This document shows positions 8,413 through 17,828 of a stretch of DNA of 64,000 bases, one piece after another. The notes under the pieces are model-generated. The model ran no database searches. It worked only from the letters and a program-made list of their open reading frames with translations, and was not told where the DNA came from. A program made the translations under genes and the position numbers. The first letter of the stretch is position 1, and every line of letters starts with the position of its first letter. The DNA is from Candidatus Kerfeldbacteria bacterium CG_4_10_14_0_8_um_filter_42_10 (GTDB taxonomy: Bacteria > Patescibacteriota > Patescibacteriia > UM-FILTER-42-10): positions 10,477-74,476 of the forward strand of contig PFMD01000002.1 in the NCBI GenBank assembly GCA_002784945.1, written 5' to 3'.

Positions 8413-9465
8413 ATGTTTGGATTAGATATCAGTGATCGGACTTTACGGGCCGCTTCTCTAGTCAGAAGAGGCAAAAATTTTTTGATTAATTCCATAAATG
8501 AAATTGATCTTCCCAGCGGTCTGATTAAGGACGGGGAGATTTTGAAATCAGAAGCAATCGTTCCCTACTTAAAGAAACTAATTCAAAGCGCTAGTCCTCA
8601 TAAAATCAAAAGCAAAGAAGTGGTTGCCTGCCTGCCTGAACGCCAGAGTTTTATCAAGGTTATTCGAGTTTCCAAAAAAGAATTACAACCATCGCCAGAA
8701 ACAATTAAATCTGAGGTGGCGAATCATATCCCCTTCCCTATCGATGAAATGTACCTGGATTGGCAAGTTATTAATGATGAGCCAAATGCTAATGCCGGAA
8801 AGCAATATGTTCTAGTGGGAGCAGTTCCTAAAAATATTGTTCACACCTATCAAGAGACGCTGAAACTGGCAAATTTAATTCCGATTGTCTTGGAAATTGA
8901 ATCGGTCGCCATTACCCGAGCGCTACTCCCGCTTGATCAAAAAAAGGACTCAGAGGGCGCCTTAATAATAGATTTAGGTCTTGATCGGACAAGCTTTATA
9001 ATATTTGACCGAAATTTAGTGCAATTTACCTCTGGCATCACCGACATTTCCGGCAATCGTTTGACTACAATGATCAGCGAAACACTTTCTCTCTCTGAAA
9101 CTGAAGCAGAAAAGGCGAAAAAATTAGCGGGGTTTAATCCTAAAATTGGAAAAGGGAAGGTGCGATCCGCGTTGAATACCGCCTTGATCGATTTAATAAA
9201 AAATGTGGGGGGAATAATTGATTTCTATCGCGAGCACTACCCCGAAGGCAACCTGATAAAAAAAATAATTTTAACGGGCGGGGGATCTAATTTGAAGCTG
9301 ATTGATCAAATTTTATCTAATTCCTTAAAGTTAAAAGTTCAGAGGGGCGATTCTCTGATCAACGTGGAAAAAAAGAACGTCGCTTTCTTAAATCCCGAGA
9401 ATCAGGTTTCTTTTGCCACTAGTATTGGCTTAGCGTTACGTGCAACAAAAAATGATTACTCTTAA
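8413..9465 (+). CDS. pilM: type IV pilus assembly protein PilM (actin-like ATPase fold)
   Basis: 350 aa; N-terminus MFGLDISDRTLRAASL resembles the PilM/FtsA nucleotide-binding start; sits directly before pilN and pilO. Confidence 0.7.
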   Translation: MFGLDISDRTLRAASLVRRGKNFLINSINEIDLPSGLIKDGEILKSEAIVPYLKKLIQSASPHKIKSKEVVACLPERQSFIKVIRVSKKELQPSPETIKSEVANHIPFPIDEMYLDWQVINDEPNANAGKQYVLVGAVPKNIVHTYQETLKLANLIPIVLEIESVAITRALLPLDQKKDSEGALIIDLGLDRTSFIIFDRNLVQFTSGITDISGNRLTTMISETLSLSETEAEKAKKLAGFNPKIGKGKVRSALNTALIDLIKNVGGIIDFYREHYPEGNLIKKIILTGGGSNLKLIDQILSNSLKLKVQRGDSLINVEKKNVAFLNPENQVSFATSIGLALRATKNDYS

Positions 9466-10015
9466 CCTCATTTCGCCAATTCAAAAGGAAGCAAATCGCT
9501 TCCAACAAAGTTACTCCTTGGTAAAAAGAATTACCGTTCTTTTTATGGCCGTTTCGTTAATTGTTATCGCGTTGTTATTTGTTGGTGAAACTCTGCTAGA
9601 GAAGAAATTGGACAGCATCACCCAAGAAACCCTCGCCTTAAAGAAGAATATTGAAAAAGAAGAGTCGATTGATTTAGAGCAATCCGTAAAGGATTTTAAC
9701 AAATTATTGATCGACATCAGCAAGGTTCAATCAGAATATATAAATTGGTCGCAAGAAGTGAACAAGATATCGTCCTTGGTGCCTTCAGGGATTAGGCTCT
9801 CTTCTTTTGTCATGCAAAAAGACAGCTCCGATTTCAAATTTGCCGGCAAAGCCGCCACTCGTGAAGCTTTACTGAATTTCAAGACCAATTTGGAGAATTC
9901 TGATTTCTTTACGGAGATTCAATCGCCAATTTCCAACCTCCTTACTAAAGAAAACATTAACTTTGAATTGAGCGGAAAATTAGTATTTGATCAAAGCAAT
10001 TCGGGAAATCAATGA
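9440..10015 (+). CDS. pilN: PilN-like bitopic membrane protein
   Basis: 191 aa; short cytoplasmic N-terminus, single TM (LFMAVSLIVIALLFV), coiled-coil-rich periplasmic part; overlaps the pilM stop. Confidence 0.5.
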   Translation: MQQKMITLNLISPIQKEANRFQQSYSLVKRITVLFMAVSLIVIALLFVGETLLEKKLDSITQETLALKKNIEKEESIDLEQSVKDFNKLLIDISKVQSEYINWSQEVNKISSLVPSGIRLSSFVMQKDSSDFKFAGKAATREALLNFKTNLENSDFFTEIQSPISNLLTKENINFELSGKLVFDQSNSGNQ

Positions 10016-10575
10016 AAATAACTCCTAAAATAAAATTATATATTCTAATTTCCTTCCTTTTTGTCGTTATTGCCGTCATTATAATTTTTATAATTTTTCC
10101 TTTTCAAAAAAAGATTCGACTTTTAAGTCAAAATATTTACGATCAAAGAGTAAACTACGAATTTATTTTTCAGCAAAGGCAAAACGTTGTACGGCTAGAA
10201 CGAGAGATTAAAGAAATTGAATTGAATAAAGAGAAAATTGCTCCAGCCCTTTTTTCCAGAAACGAGACATTAGAATTAATCACCGCTCTAGAAACTCTTT
10301 CACAGAACAACGGATTGGAAAATCAAGTTCTAAATCTTTCTAATCCAAGCCTAATGGATTCAGGCTTAATGATCAGCAGTTTAAGAATAGATTTTACGAC
10401 AACTTATCCTGGGTTAGTGAAATGGATGCAGGATATCGATAAACAGTCCTTTTATTTAATAATTGATTCGATTAATGCCGGACAGCAATCTACCCAAATA
10501 AACAACGGTGATTTTGAAGCAGCCGGCAATAATCCTATTTCCGTTAATATATCGGCAAAAGTTTATTGGCTATAG
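10012..10575 (+). CDS. pilO: PilO-like bitopic membrane protein
   Basis: 187 aa; single N-terminal TM, coiled-coil, C-terminal domain; 4-nt overlap with pilN. Confidence 0.45.
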   Translation: MKITPKIKLYILISFLFVVIAVIIIFIIFPFQKKIRLLSQNIYDQRVNYEFIFQQRQNVVRLEREIKEIELNKEKIAPALFSRNETLELITALETLSQNNGLENQVLNLSNPSLMDSGLMISSLRIDFTTTYPGLVKWMQDIDKQSFYLIIDSINAGQQSTQINNGDFEAAGNNPISVNISAKVYWL

Positions 10576-10576
10576 C

Positions 10577-10864
10577 ATGGATCTACACTTTACATTTTCC
10601 CCAAAAAAAACTTCCCTTTTTCTAAGAAAATATAGCATTAGAATTGGCTATTTAATTTTACTCGCGGGCGTTATATACATATTAATTTTCCTGTATCAAT
10701 ATCTTTATTTACCCATATCAGAAAAACAGACGATTGATCCAAGTCTGATTCAAAGCAAAAAAGAGGTTGTTAATCAGCAGTTATTTGAGCGAATAATAAA
10801 AAGCATGGAACAAAAAACGACCTCGTTCAACGACAGCCTTCAGAATATTAGGGATCCGTTTTAA
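10577..10864 (+). CDS. small membrane protein, hypothetical (occupies the PilP position)
   Basis: The track ORF 10508-10864 overlaps pilO by 68 nt. The in-frame ATG at 10577, just after the pilO stop, gives a 95-aa protein with one TM helix. Confidence 0.3.
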   Translation: MDLHFTFSPKKTSLFLRKYSIRIGYLILLAGVIYILIFLYQYLYLPISEKQTIDPSLIQSKKEVVNQQLFERIIKSMEQKTTSFNDSLQNIRDPF

Positions 10865-12048
10865 TCTAAGCTGATTTCCTTAACTGTTTTTTTGAGAGCT
10901 TTGATAAAAAATCGTAATTCCGCGAGGGTATTGCTTTGATCAAGGGTCACTCGTATCCCCTCTTTAGCTTTCCGACCATCCAGGCCTAATGCCAAAAGGA
11001 CAGTCGAAGGTTCGGCTGCTCCCGCACTACATGACGAGCCGGTAGCAATAGCGATATTGAACTTATTATCCATAATAAAAACAAGATCCTCACCTAAAAT
11101 TCCTTTAATCCTAAAATAAATATTATTAGGAAGTCTTTTGTCTTGGATTGGTCCAATAATCTTAGCTTCGGGTATATTGGAAATTTCTTTTATTACCCAG
11201 TCTCGCAGCCGGCTGACCTTTTTCGAGTTTTCTAATCTTGATTCAAAAACAAGTTCTAACGCTTTTCCCAGCCCAATAATGCCGGCGACATTCAAGGTAC
11301 CGGCCCTAAGCCCATGTTCTTGATCTCCCCCGGTCTGAACTGGTTTTATCGGAGTACCCCTTCTGACAAAAAGCGCACCAATTCCTTTAGGGCCGTGCAG
11401 CTTATGTCCTGATAACGAGAGTAAATCAACCTGCAAATAATCAATATCACAATCAAGGTATTGTGCCGCTTGAACGGCATCGGTATGAAAAACGATCGGC
11501 CGTTTTCTTAATCCGTTTGCTTTCTTAATAATTTTTCCTAATTCCCGGATTGGTTCGATTACTCCAATTTCATTATTAGCGTACATTATGGTAACCAGTG
11601 CCGTTGAGTCAGAAATTAATTTCAACAATAGCCGAGGATCGACCATTCCATCACTATTGACCGGAAGATATTTTAACCCAATGCCTTCTTTTTCTAGATC
11701 GAGGCATGTTTTTAAAACAGAGCGGTGTTCGATTTTAGTGGTAATTATCTCTGGGCGCCTTACTCCTCTTTCTTGGTAGGCTTTTATCACTCCTCGGATC
11801 GCCAGATTATTACTTTCCGTGGCTCCGGAGGTAAAAACAACCTCTTGAAACGCACAACTCAAAAAATTAGCAACCTGCTTTCTAGCACAATCCACTGCCG
11901 CCAGCGCCCTTCTTCCGGCACTGTGCATACTGTTGGGATTTCCATAATCCTTCCGCTCAAATGGTTTCAGGCGCTTCTGAACCGTTTGATCAAGATAAGT
12001 AGTCGCAGCATGATCCAAGTAAATCAATTTTTGATTTTTTTTATTCAT
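10861..12048 (-). CDS. cysteine desulfurase (class V aminotransferase, NifS/IscS-like)
   Basis: Motif SLSGHKLHGPKGIGALFVRRG carries the PLP-binding lysine; HTDAVQA and GxxxLDxxxxD regions present. N-terminus chosen at M13 (MNKKNQKLIYLDHAATTY…); the track's longest start is 12084. Confidence 0.85.
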   Translation of the reverse strand: MNKKNQKLIYLDHAATTYLDQTVQKRLKPFERKDYGNPNSMHSAGRRALAAVDCARKQVANFLSCAFQEVVFTSGATESNNLAIRGVIKAYQERGVRRPEIITTKIEHRSVLKTCLDLEKEGIGLKYLPVNSDGMVDPRLLLKLISDSTALVTIMYANNEIGVIEPIRELGKIIKKANGLRKRPIVFHTDAVQAAQYLDCDIDYLQVDLLSLSGHKLHGPKGIGALFVRRGTPIKPVQTGGDQEHGLRAGTLNVAGIIGLGKALELVFESRLENSKKVSRLRDWVIKEISNIPEAKIIGPIQDKRLPNNIYFRIKGILGEDLVFIMDNKFNIAIATGSSCSAGAAEPSTVLLALGLDGRKAKEGIRVTLDQSNTLAELRFFIKALKKTVKEISLD

Positions 12049-12247
12049 TGCCCTTAAAATATCTTGATTAAGGCAAACTGTCAATTATTGCTTAATTTGT
12101 GTTATAATAATCGGGGATAAATGAAAATGAACCACGTTAGAAATTGAGCAGAGTTTTTCTAATAGGGGCGTATCGGAGTATCATGGATTTGTATTAATTT
12201 AACTCATCAGAGTCACATATCAATTGATTATTAGAATTTTTAACGGG

Positions 12248-14443
12248 GTGAATAAAAGGACAAAAAACGCAGCATTCACACTTATCGAATTAATTGTCGT
12301 GATTGGAATTTTTGTCGCTGTGGGCATTTTTATCATTGGCGGGTTTGATCAAGCCATTCAGCTTTTAGCGATTTCCCGCTCTAAAGTAATTGCGACCGCT
12401 ATTGCCAATGAAAAACTGGAAATTATCAGAAATATGCCTTATGACCAGGTAGGAACCACTACCGGCTGGCCGCACGGCGAAATTCCGGCCACCCAGACCA
12501 TTAACCAAAGCAACTTTGAGTTTATTGTTCAAACCAGGGTGGATTACGTAGATGACCCTTTTGATGGTAATGCCCAGGGTACCATCCCCAATAAGCCTAT
12601 TGATACTGTGCCCAACGACTATAAAAAAGCTGAGGTGAACGTAAAATGGAATAATCCCAAAGCCGATCCTGTCCTGCTTTCCACGCTGGCTGTTCCTCAG
12701 GGATTAGAGTCAGCGGAAGCAACCGGATCTTTTTTAATCAAGGTTTTTAATTCTTCCGGCCAGCCCGTTTCCCAAGCAACGGTGCATATTACCAATGACC
12801 AGGTTGTTCCGGCAATTAATATTACCAATACTACTGACAATGACGGCAATTTGCAGGTATTAAGCCTGCCCCCTAGTGTCGATGGATACCATCTTGCGGT
12901 AACTAAGGAAAACTACAGCCAGGATTCAACCTATGCCGTTGATCCAATTAATCTTCCCAATCCCGTTAAGCCAGATTTATCAATCATCGAGGGATCCGTA
13001 ACCGAAACAAGTTTCGCGATTGATTTGGTAAGTACTTTGAATGTCTTTACTGTAGATGATACCTGCGCTCCGATCCCGAGTATTCCACTGGCTATTTGGG
13101 GCGAAAAACTGATCGGCACTAATCCCGACACGCCAAAGTATTCCTCTGAGCCACCCACCAATGAACAGGGAACACTGTCACTTTCTGATCTGGAATGGGA
13201 TAATTACACCTTACTAGAAACATCGGCTGACTATGACGTGGCCGGAGTTATTCCCCCAATTCTTTTGGATATTTTACCAAACTCCTCTCAGAACACTTCG
13301 TTAGTCTTAAGCCCTCATACCGCCAATTCTTTACGGGTTACCGTTAAGGATGCGGGGACCAAAACCGCCCTAACAGGGGCTAGCGTAAGACTTTACCAAA
13401 CAGGATACGATGAAACCAAAATCACTGGGTTTGGATTTTTTGAACAAAATGATTGGTCAGGCGGGCCTGGCCAGGAAAACTTCAGCGATCCTTCAAAATA
13501 TGCCAGCGATGACGGCAACGTTGACCCCTTGGGCACTCCCGGAAATTTAACCCTAGGCTATTCTGAAGACAATCACAATCATTTTGAGGATTTTAGTTCC
13601 GATACCTATAAAGATGCTTTAGCCACCACGGCCGACTGGGATATTAATCTTGGCCAGGTAATTTTGGAAGAACAGGACGGGCAATTTTTATCCAGCGGAA
13701 CCGTTCAGACAACCAAATTAAACGGCACAGCCGGAAAAATCATTAAAGCAACTTTGACTGTCGAGCAAATCTTGAACAATCAAACCATTGATTATTTCTT
13801 GTCATCGAATGGGGGATCAAATTTCGAACCGGTCACTCTCGGAACTGAGCACGCGTTTGTAAATTCTGGAAGCGATTTGCTTTTCCGCGCAGTTTTAGCC
13901 TCCAGCGATCCTTTGGTTACGCCGATAATAGATAGCGTCTCGATTTCCTATACCCAAGTAGTTTATGAATCAAACGGGGAATTAATCTCTTCTTCTTTTA
14001 ATACCGGAACAACCAGTAATTTTGGCACGCTATCGTGGATCCCCTCTTCTCAAATCCCCGAAGTTGGCTTAGAAAGTGTCAAATTTCAAATTGCCGCTAA
14101 TAACGACAACCTGACTTGGAATTTTATCGGCCCTGACGGCACCGTCAATACTTTCTACACCAATAATGGATCCTCGATCAATGCGTCTCATAATGGGAAT
14201 CAATATCTCCGTTACAAGGTTTTTTTAAGCACCGAGGATTTGGCGTACACGCCCATTATTTCTTCTGCTAAAATCGGGTACACCTCTTCTTGTATTCCCC
14301 CCGGACAAGTTTTCTTCAGTAATTTGGGTAGTGATACTTATTCTCTCGATATCACGTTAAATGGATACGAAACGCTAAGTAGTTCGGCCACGGTAAATGG
14401 CACTACTCAAATAGAATATTTACTTACTCCCTTATCTCCCTAA
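12248..14443 (+). CDS. giant type IV pilin-like protein (prepilin N-terminus plus ~700-aa C-terminal domain)
   Basis: N-terminus (M)NKRTKNAAFTLIELIVVIGIFVAVGI is a class III signal peptide with Ala instead of the usual Gly at -1. Start placed at GTG 12248; the track uses TTG 12224. Remainder is Ser/Thr/Asn-rich with no TM. Confidence 0.65.
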   Translation: MNKRTKNAAFTLIELIVVIGIFVAVGIFIIGGFDQAIQLLAISRSKVIATAIANEKLEIIRNMPYDQVGTTTGWPHGEIPATQTINQSNFEFIVQTRVDYVDDPFDGNAQGTIPNKPIDTVPNDYKKAEVNVKWNNPKADPVLLSTLAVPQGLESAEATGSFLIKVFNSSGQPVSQATVHITNDQVVPAINITNTTDNDGNLQVLSLPPSVDGYHLAVTKENYSQDSTYAVDPINLPNPVKPDLSIIEGSVTETSFAIDLVSTLNVFTVDDTCAPIPSIPLAIWGEKLIGTNPDTPKYSSEPPTNEQGTLSLSDLEWDNYTLLETSADYDVAGVIPPILLDILPNSSQNTSLVLSPHTANSLRVTVKDAGTKTALTGASVRLYQTGYDETKITGFGFFEQNDWSGGPGQENFSDPSKYASDDGNVDPLGTPGNLTLGYSEDNHNHFEDFSSDTYKDALATTADWDINLGQVILEEQDGQFLSSGTVQTTKLNGTAGKIIKATLTVEQILNNQTIDYFLSSNGGSNFEPVTLGTEHAFVNSGSDLLFRAVLASSDPLVTPIIDSVSISYTQVVYESNGELISSSFNTGTTSNFGTLSWIPSSQIPEVGLESVKFQIAANNDNLTWNFIGPDGTVNTFYTNNGSSINASHNGNQYLRYKVFLSTEDLAYTPIISSAKIGYTSSCIPPGQVFFSNLGSDTYSLDITLNGYETLSSSATVNGTTQIEYLLTPLSP

Positions 14444-14455
14444 TAAGCATTTTAT

Positions 14456-15064
14456 ATGAATACTCCTAATCATAAATCCGGTTTTACCCTAATTGAAATG
14501 ATTATTGTTATGGGTATTCTGGGAATTATCGGAGGGATTGTTTATCAATTTGTAGTCCAGGGAAATCGGATGTTTATGCAGTCGAGGGATCAGGCGCTGG
14601 CCCAAGATACTTTAAGAAAGGTGATGGATTCGCTGGCGAAAGAATTAAGAGAAGCGCAAAATGCCGACAATGGCTCCTATCTGATCGAAGCGGCCCAAGC
14701 GCAATCAATCGTGTTTTATGCCGACATCGACAACGATGATCATCGGGAAAGAATCCGCTATTTTTTAGAGAGCACCAGCCTTAAAAAGGGGGTAATTGAA
14801 CCGACCGTAAACCCCGTTACATATCCTACCGGCAGTGAGGCAATTTCCGTTATAGTAACCAACGTCAGAAACCAGGATGCCATCTTCAGCTACTTTGATG
14901 AAAATTATACCGGCACAGAGGAGCCACTGGATTATCCGATTAATTTGAATGAAGTTACGCTGGTTCATATGAATTTTATTGTGGATATCGATCCGAATCT
15001 TCCGCCCAGCCCCCTTTCTATTGAAACAAGCGTAATGATTAGAAATCTTAAAACAAATCTATAG
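14456..15064 (+). CDS. minor pilin / pseudopilin (prepilin-type N-terminal cleavage/methylation domain)
   Basis: 202 aa; canonical MNTPNHKSG|FTLIEMIIVMGILGIIGG prepilin motif. Confidence 0.75.
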   Translation: MNTPNHKSGFTLIEMIIVMGILGIIGGIVYQFVVQGNRMFMQSRDQALAQDTLRKVMDSLAKELREAQNADNGSYLIEAAQAQSIVFYADIDNDDHRERIRYFLESTSLKKGVIEPTVNPVTYPTGSEAISVIVTNVRNQDAIFSYFDENYTGTEEPLDYPINLNEVTLVHMNFIVDIDPNLPPSPLSIETSVMIRNLKTNL

Positions 15065-15065
15065 A

Positions 15066-16553
15066 ATGCCGAAAAGAACTAACAAAAGAAAAACGACTAT
15101 AAAAAGGCAGGCATTGTCAGGATACACGCTTATTATTTTGTTAGTTTTTTTTGGAATCCTTGTCGTCTTATTGACCGCCGCTTCGTCTTATGTCGTTAGC
15201 CAGGCAAAAATAACTAATTTTAAAATGAGACAGCAGAAAATCCTGGAAATTGCCGAAGCGGGCACCAATTATTATCGTTGGCATTTGGCTCACGTACCGG
15301 ATGATTTTACCGATGGCACGGGCGGCCCCGGACCTTACCTGCACGATTACTATGACTTGAACGGCAATGTAATTGGACAATATAGCCTCAATATTATTCC
15401 TCCCGAAAGCGGATCGACTATTGTTACCATAGAATCTACCGGCTATCTTTTGGATCAAGCGGATTTAACCACGACGGTAGTTTTAAAAATGGGCATTCCT
15501 TCTTTCTCGACATTTGCCGTAGTGGCCAACGATGAGATGCGTTTTGGTGAGGGAACAGAAGTATGGGGACCAATTCATTCTAACGGCGGAATAAGATTCG
15601 ATGGCTTAGCCCATAATATTGTTTCTTCCGCCAAGGATAAATACGATGACCCCGATCACGGCGGAGCGGAAGAATTCGGAGTCCATACCCATGTTTCTCC
15701 GCTGGATCCCCTCCCTCCCCAACCGGTTCCCAGCCGGCCGGATGTCTTTGCGGCCGGCCGATCCTTTCCCGTTCCTCCCGTTGACTTTAATGGGATAACC
15801 TCGGACCTGGCAACCATTAAAACTAGCGCCATTGAGAGTGGAATTTATTTGGCCGGTTCCGGCAGCCAGGGCTATCATGTTCACTTTAATGCTAATCACA
15901 CCGTGGATATTAAAAAAGTAACCAGCCAAGCTTATTGTCGATACCGTTGGTTCTTCTGGTGGTATGATTATTCTGATATTTGGTCCATTGCCACTGAAAC
16001 AGAGTTTACTTATCAGTCCGGAAGTTCTCTCGGCATACCAGTGCCCAGTAATGGGTTGATTTTTATTGAAGACGACGTCTGGGTGGACGGACAAATCGAC
16101 AATGATAAAATAACTGTGGTAGCGGCAAGGGAACCGTTGGCTTCGGCTGCTGCCAATATTATCATTAACAACGACATTAAATATACTAACCATAGCGGAG
16201 AGGATGTAATCGGTTTACTTGCTCAAACTAATGTTGCGGTAGGGTTTTACAGCGAGGATGATCTAGAAATAGATGCCGCTCTTATTGCTCAAAAAGGGGC
16301 GGTGAAGCGATTTTACTACCCCAATCGATCTTCCTATCAGCAGAACCCGGCTAACTGCGCTAGCAATGTTTATCGCGATGTGTTGACTCTTTATGGCGCG
16401 ATCGCAACAAATGAACGTTACGGTTTTGCTTATACTGATGGAACCGGCTATGATTTAAGGCACTTGAATTTTGATCCTAATCTTACGTATGGGCCGCCGC
16501 CCAGCTTTCCTACTACCGGCGAATATACTATTATTTCTTGGGAGCAAAAATGA
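15066..16553 (+). CDS. PilX-like minor pilin or pilus-associated protein
   Basis: 495 aa; N-terminal basic stretch then a TM helix (YTLIILLVFFGILVVLLTAASSYVVSQAKIT) as in PilX N-terminal domains; 1-nt gap to the upstream gene. Confidence 0.45.
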   Translation: MPKRTNKRKTTIKRQALSGYTLIILLVFFGILVVLLTAASSYVVSQAKITNFKMRQQKILEIAEAGTNYYRWHLAHVPDDFTDGTGGPGPYLHDYYDLNGNVIGQYSLNIIPPESGSTIVTIESTGYLLDQADLTTTVVLKMGIPSFSTFAVVANDEMRFGEGTEVWGPIHSNGGIRFDGLAHNIVSSAKDKYDDPDHGGAEEFGVHTHVSPLDPLPPQPVPSRPDVFAAGRSFPVPPVDFNGITSDLATIKTSAIESGIYLAGSGSQGYHVHFNANHTVDIKKVTSQAYCRYRWFFWWYDYSDIWSIATETEFTYQSGSSLGIPVPSNGLIFIEDDVWVDGQIDNDKITVVAAREPLASAAANIIINNDIKYTNHSGEDVIGLLAQTNVAVGFYSEDDLEIDAALIAQKGAVKRFYYPNRSSYQQNPANCASNVYRDVLTLYGAIATNERYGFAYTDGTGYDLRHLNFDPNLTYGPPPSFPTTGEYTIISWEQK

Positions 16554-17818
16554 AAAATAGATTTCGTCATTTAAATTCATTGTCAATTTTTATTGCGGGA
16601 GCGCTGGTTATTTCAACCGTTGCGCTGCTAAAGCCAATTCTTTTTAATCCTGAGATTGCCTTAGGCGCGAATATTATAGTCAATTTATTAGAACCGCCCG
16701 ATAATGCTTTTTTAAGCGGGAATATTCAAGCAACCGCCCAAGTCAATACAGCGGTGCCACGCGTGGAATTTCATTTTGTAGAAGAGAGCGGGCGCTTTGC
16801 CTTCGTTTATAACGGCAATGAAATTGGCGGAAATAGATGGCAGTACGACTGGAACACCAATGAATCGATTGACGGAATTTATAATGTTTATGCCGTAGCA
16901 GTGGATAATGATAATTTTTCTTATTTGAGCGGATTTAACAACATCATTGTAAATAATTCCGGCGAGATTCCTCCTGAGCCCAATCAAAACATTAATGGCA
17001 ATCCTCCGGTCAACGTAAATCAGAATACTAACATTAATGAAAATGCCAACGGAAATGTTAATAACAATTATAATTTCAACGAAAACAGTAATTCCAATAA
17101 CAATATCAATGGGAACGGCAATTTAAACGCAAATACTAACGCTCCCCTGACCAATACTCCGCCGGAAAGCAATTCCAACCTGAATCAGAATCTTAACTCA
17201 AATGAAAACACTAATTTCAATGCCAACCAGAATATTAATGAAGGCGTAAACAGCAATTTAAACGTAAACACTAACGCTCCCCTGACCAATACCCCGCCGG
17301 AAAACAACATTCCCAAGGATGATGATGACAATGATAATTTGCCTAACGAAGAAGAGTTAGAAAACGGGACAGATCCTAATGATCCTGATAATGATAACGA
17401 CGGCCTTACCGACGATTTTGAAATAAAGAATGGCTTTGATCCGCAGCAAGACGACAATGCCACTCCCCAAAGAACGCCTGATCCTAATATTAAGCAAGCG
17501 ATTGATGAAGCTAATCTAGCTAATGATTCAGATTCGGATCACGATGGCCTTCCTGATACGGTGGAAGCAAGGATCGGTGGCGACCCTAATGACCCCGATA
17601 CCAGCGGAGACGGCCTTACCGACGGTTTTAAAGCGTTTTACGGCTATTCCCTGACGCAGGATAATTCCGACTACATCGCTAAAAAGATGCAAGAATTGAG
17701 CCTGGCTAATGTTCGCGCTGTGGAAAAAACATCCTATTTAACGGCCGGGGTTATTTTTGGATTTTTGCTCTTAATCGCCGTGACTATTCTGATTCTATTT
17801 CATCCCCGCAAAATATGA
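16538..17818 (+). CDS. Asn-rich cell-surface protein with TSP3-like Ca-binding Asp repeats and C-terminal TM anchor
   Basis: N-terminal signal/TM; Asn-rich low-complexity region with a duplicated NAPLTNTPPE(S/N)N unit; three DxDxDGxxD repeats (DPDNDNDGLTDD, DSDSDHDGLPD, DPDTSGDGLTD); C-terminal hydrophobic segment plus HPRKI tail. Start may be the ATG at 16550, which overlaps the upstream TGA stop (ATGA). Confidence 0.5.
   Translation: MGAKMKNRFRHLNSLSIFIAGALVISTVALLKPILFNPEIALGANIIVNLLEPPDNAFLSGNIQATAQVNTAVPRVEFHFVEESGRFAFVYNGNEIGGNRWQYDWNTNESIDGIYNVYAVAVDNDNFSYLSGFNNIIVNNSGEIPPEPNQNINGNPPVNVNQNTNINENANGNVNNNYNFNENSNSNNNINGNGNLNANTNAPLTNTPPESNSNLNQNLNSNENTNFNANQNINEGVNSNLNVNTNAPLTNTPPENNIPKDDDDNDNLPNEEELENGTDPNDPDNDNDGLTDDFEIKNGFDPQQDDNATPQRTPDPNIKQAIDEANLANDSDSDHDGLPDTVEARIGGDPNDPDTSGDGLTDGFKAFYGYSLTQDNSDYIAKKMQELSLANVRAVEKTSYLTAGVIFGFLLLIAVTILILFHPRKI
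17123..17305 (+). repeat. ~48-nt near-identical direct repeat pair inside the CDS (135 nt apart, in frame)
   Basis: TTTAAACG(C/T)AAA(T/C)ACTAACGCTCCCCTGACCAATAC(T/C)CCGCCGGAAA(G/A)CAA at about 17123-17170 and about 17258-17305. Confidence 0.6.
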
Positions 17819-17828
17819 TTATAGGAAT

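Noticed and set aside
8624-8815. 63-aa plus-strand ORF inside pilM in another frame
   Set aside because: Nested out-of-frame in a well-supported gene; no start context.
10508-10576. Upstream part of track ORF 10508-10864 overlapping pilO
   Set aside because: The 68-nt overlap with pilO is implausible; the in-frame ATG at 10577, right after the pilO stop, is the preferred start.
12049-12084. Longest N-terminal extension of the cysteine desulfurase (MTVCLNQDILRA)
   Set aside because: NifS/IscS proteins normally begin close to the (I/L)YLDxxATT motif; the M13 start reproduces that.
17700-17818. LTAG in the C-terminal tail of the Asn-rich protein as a sortase LPXTG motif
   Set aside because: Does not match LPXTG (no Pro at position 2) and no sortase gene is present in the window. 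Described only as a hydrophobic anchor plus basic tail.
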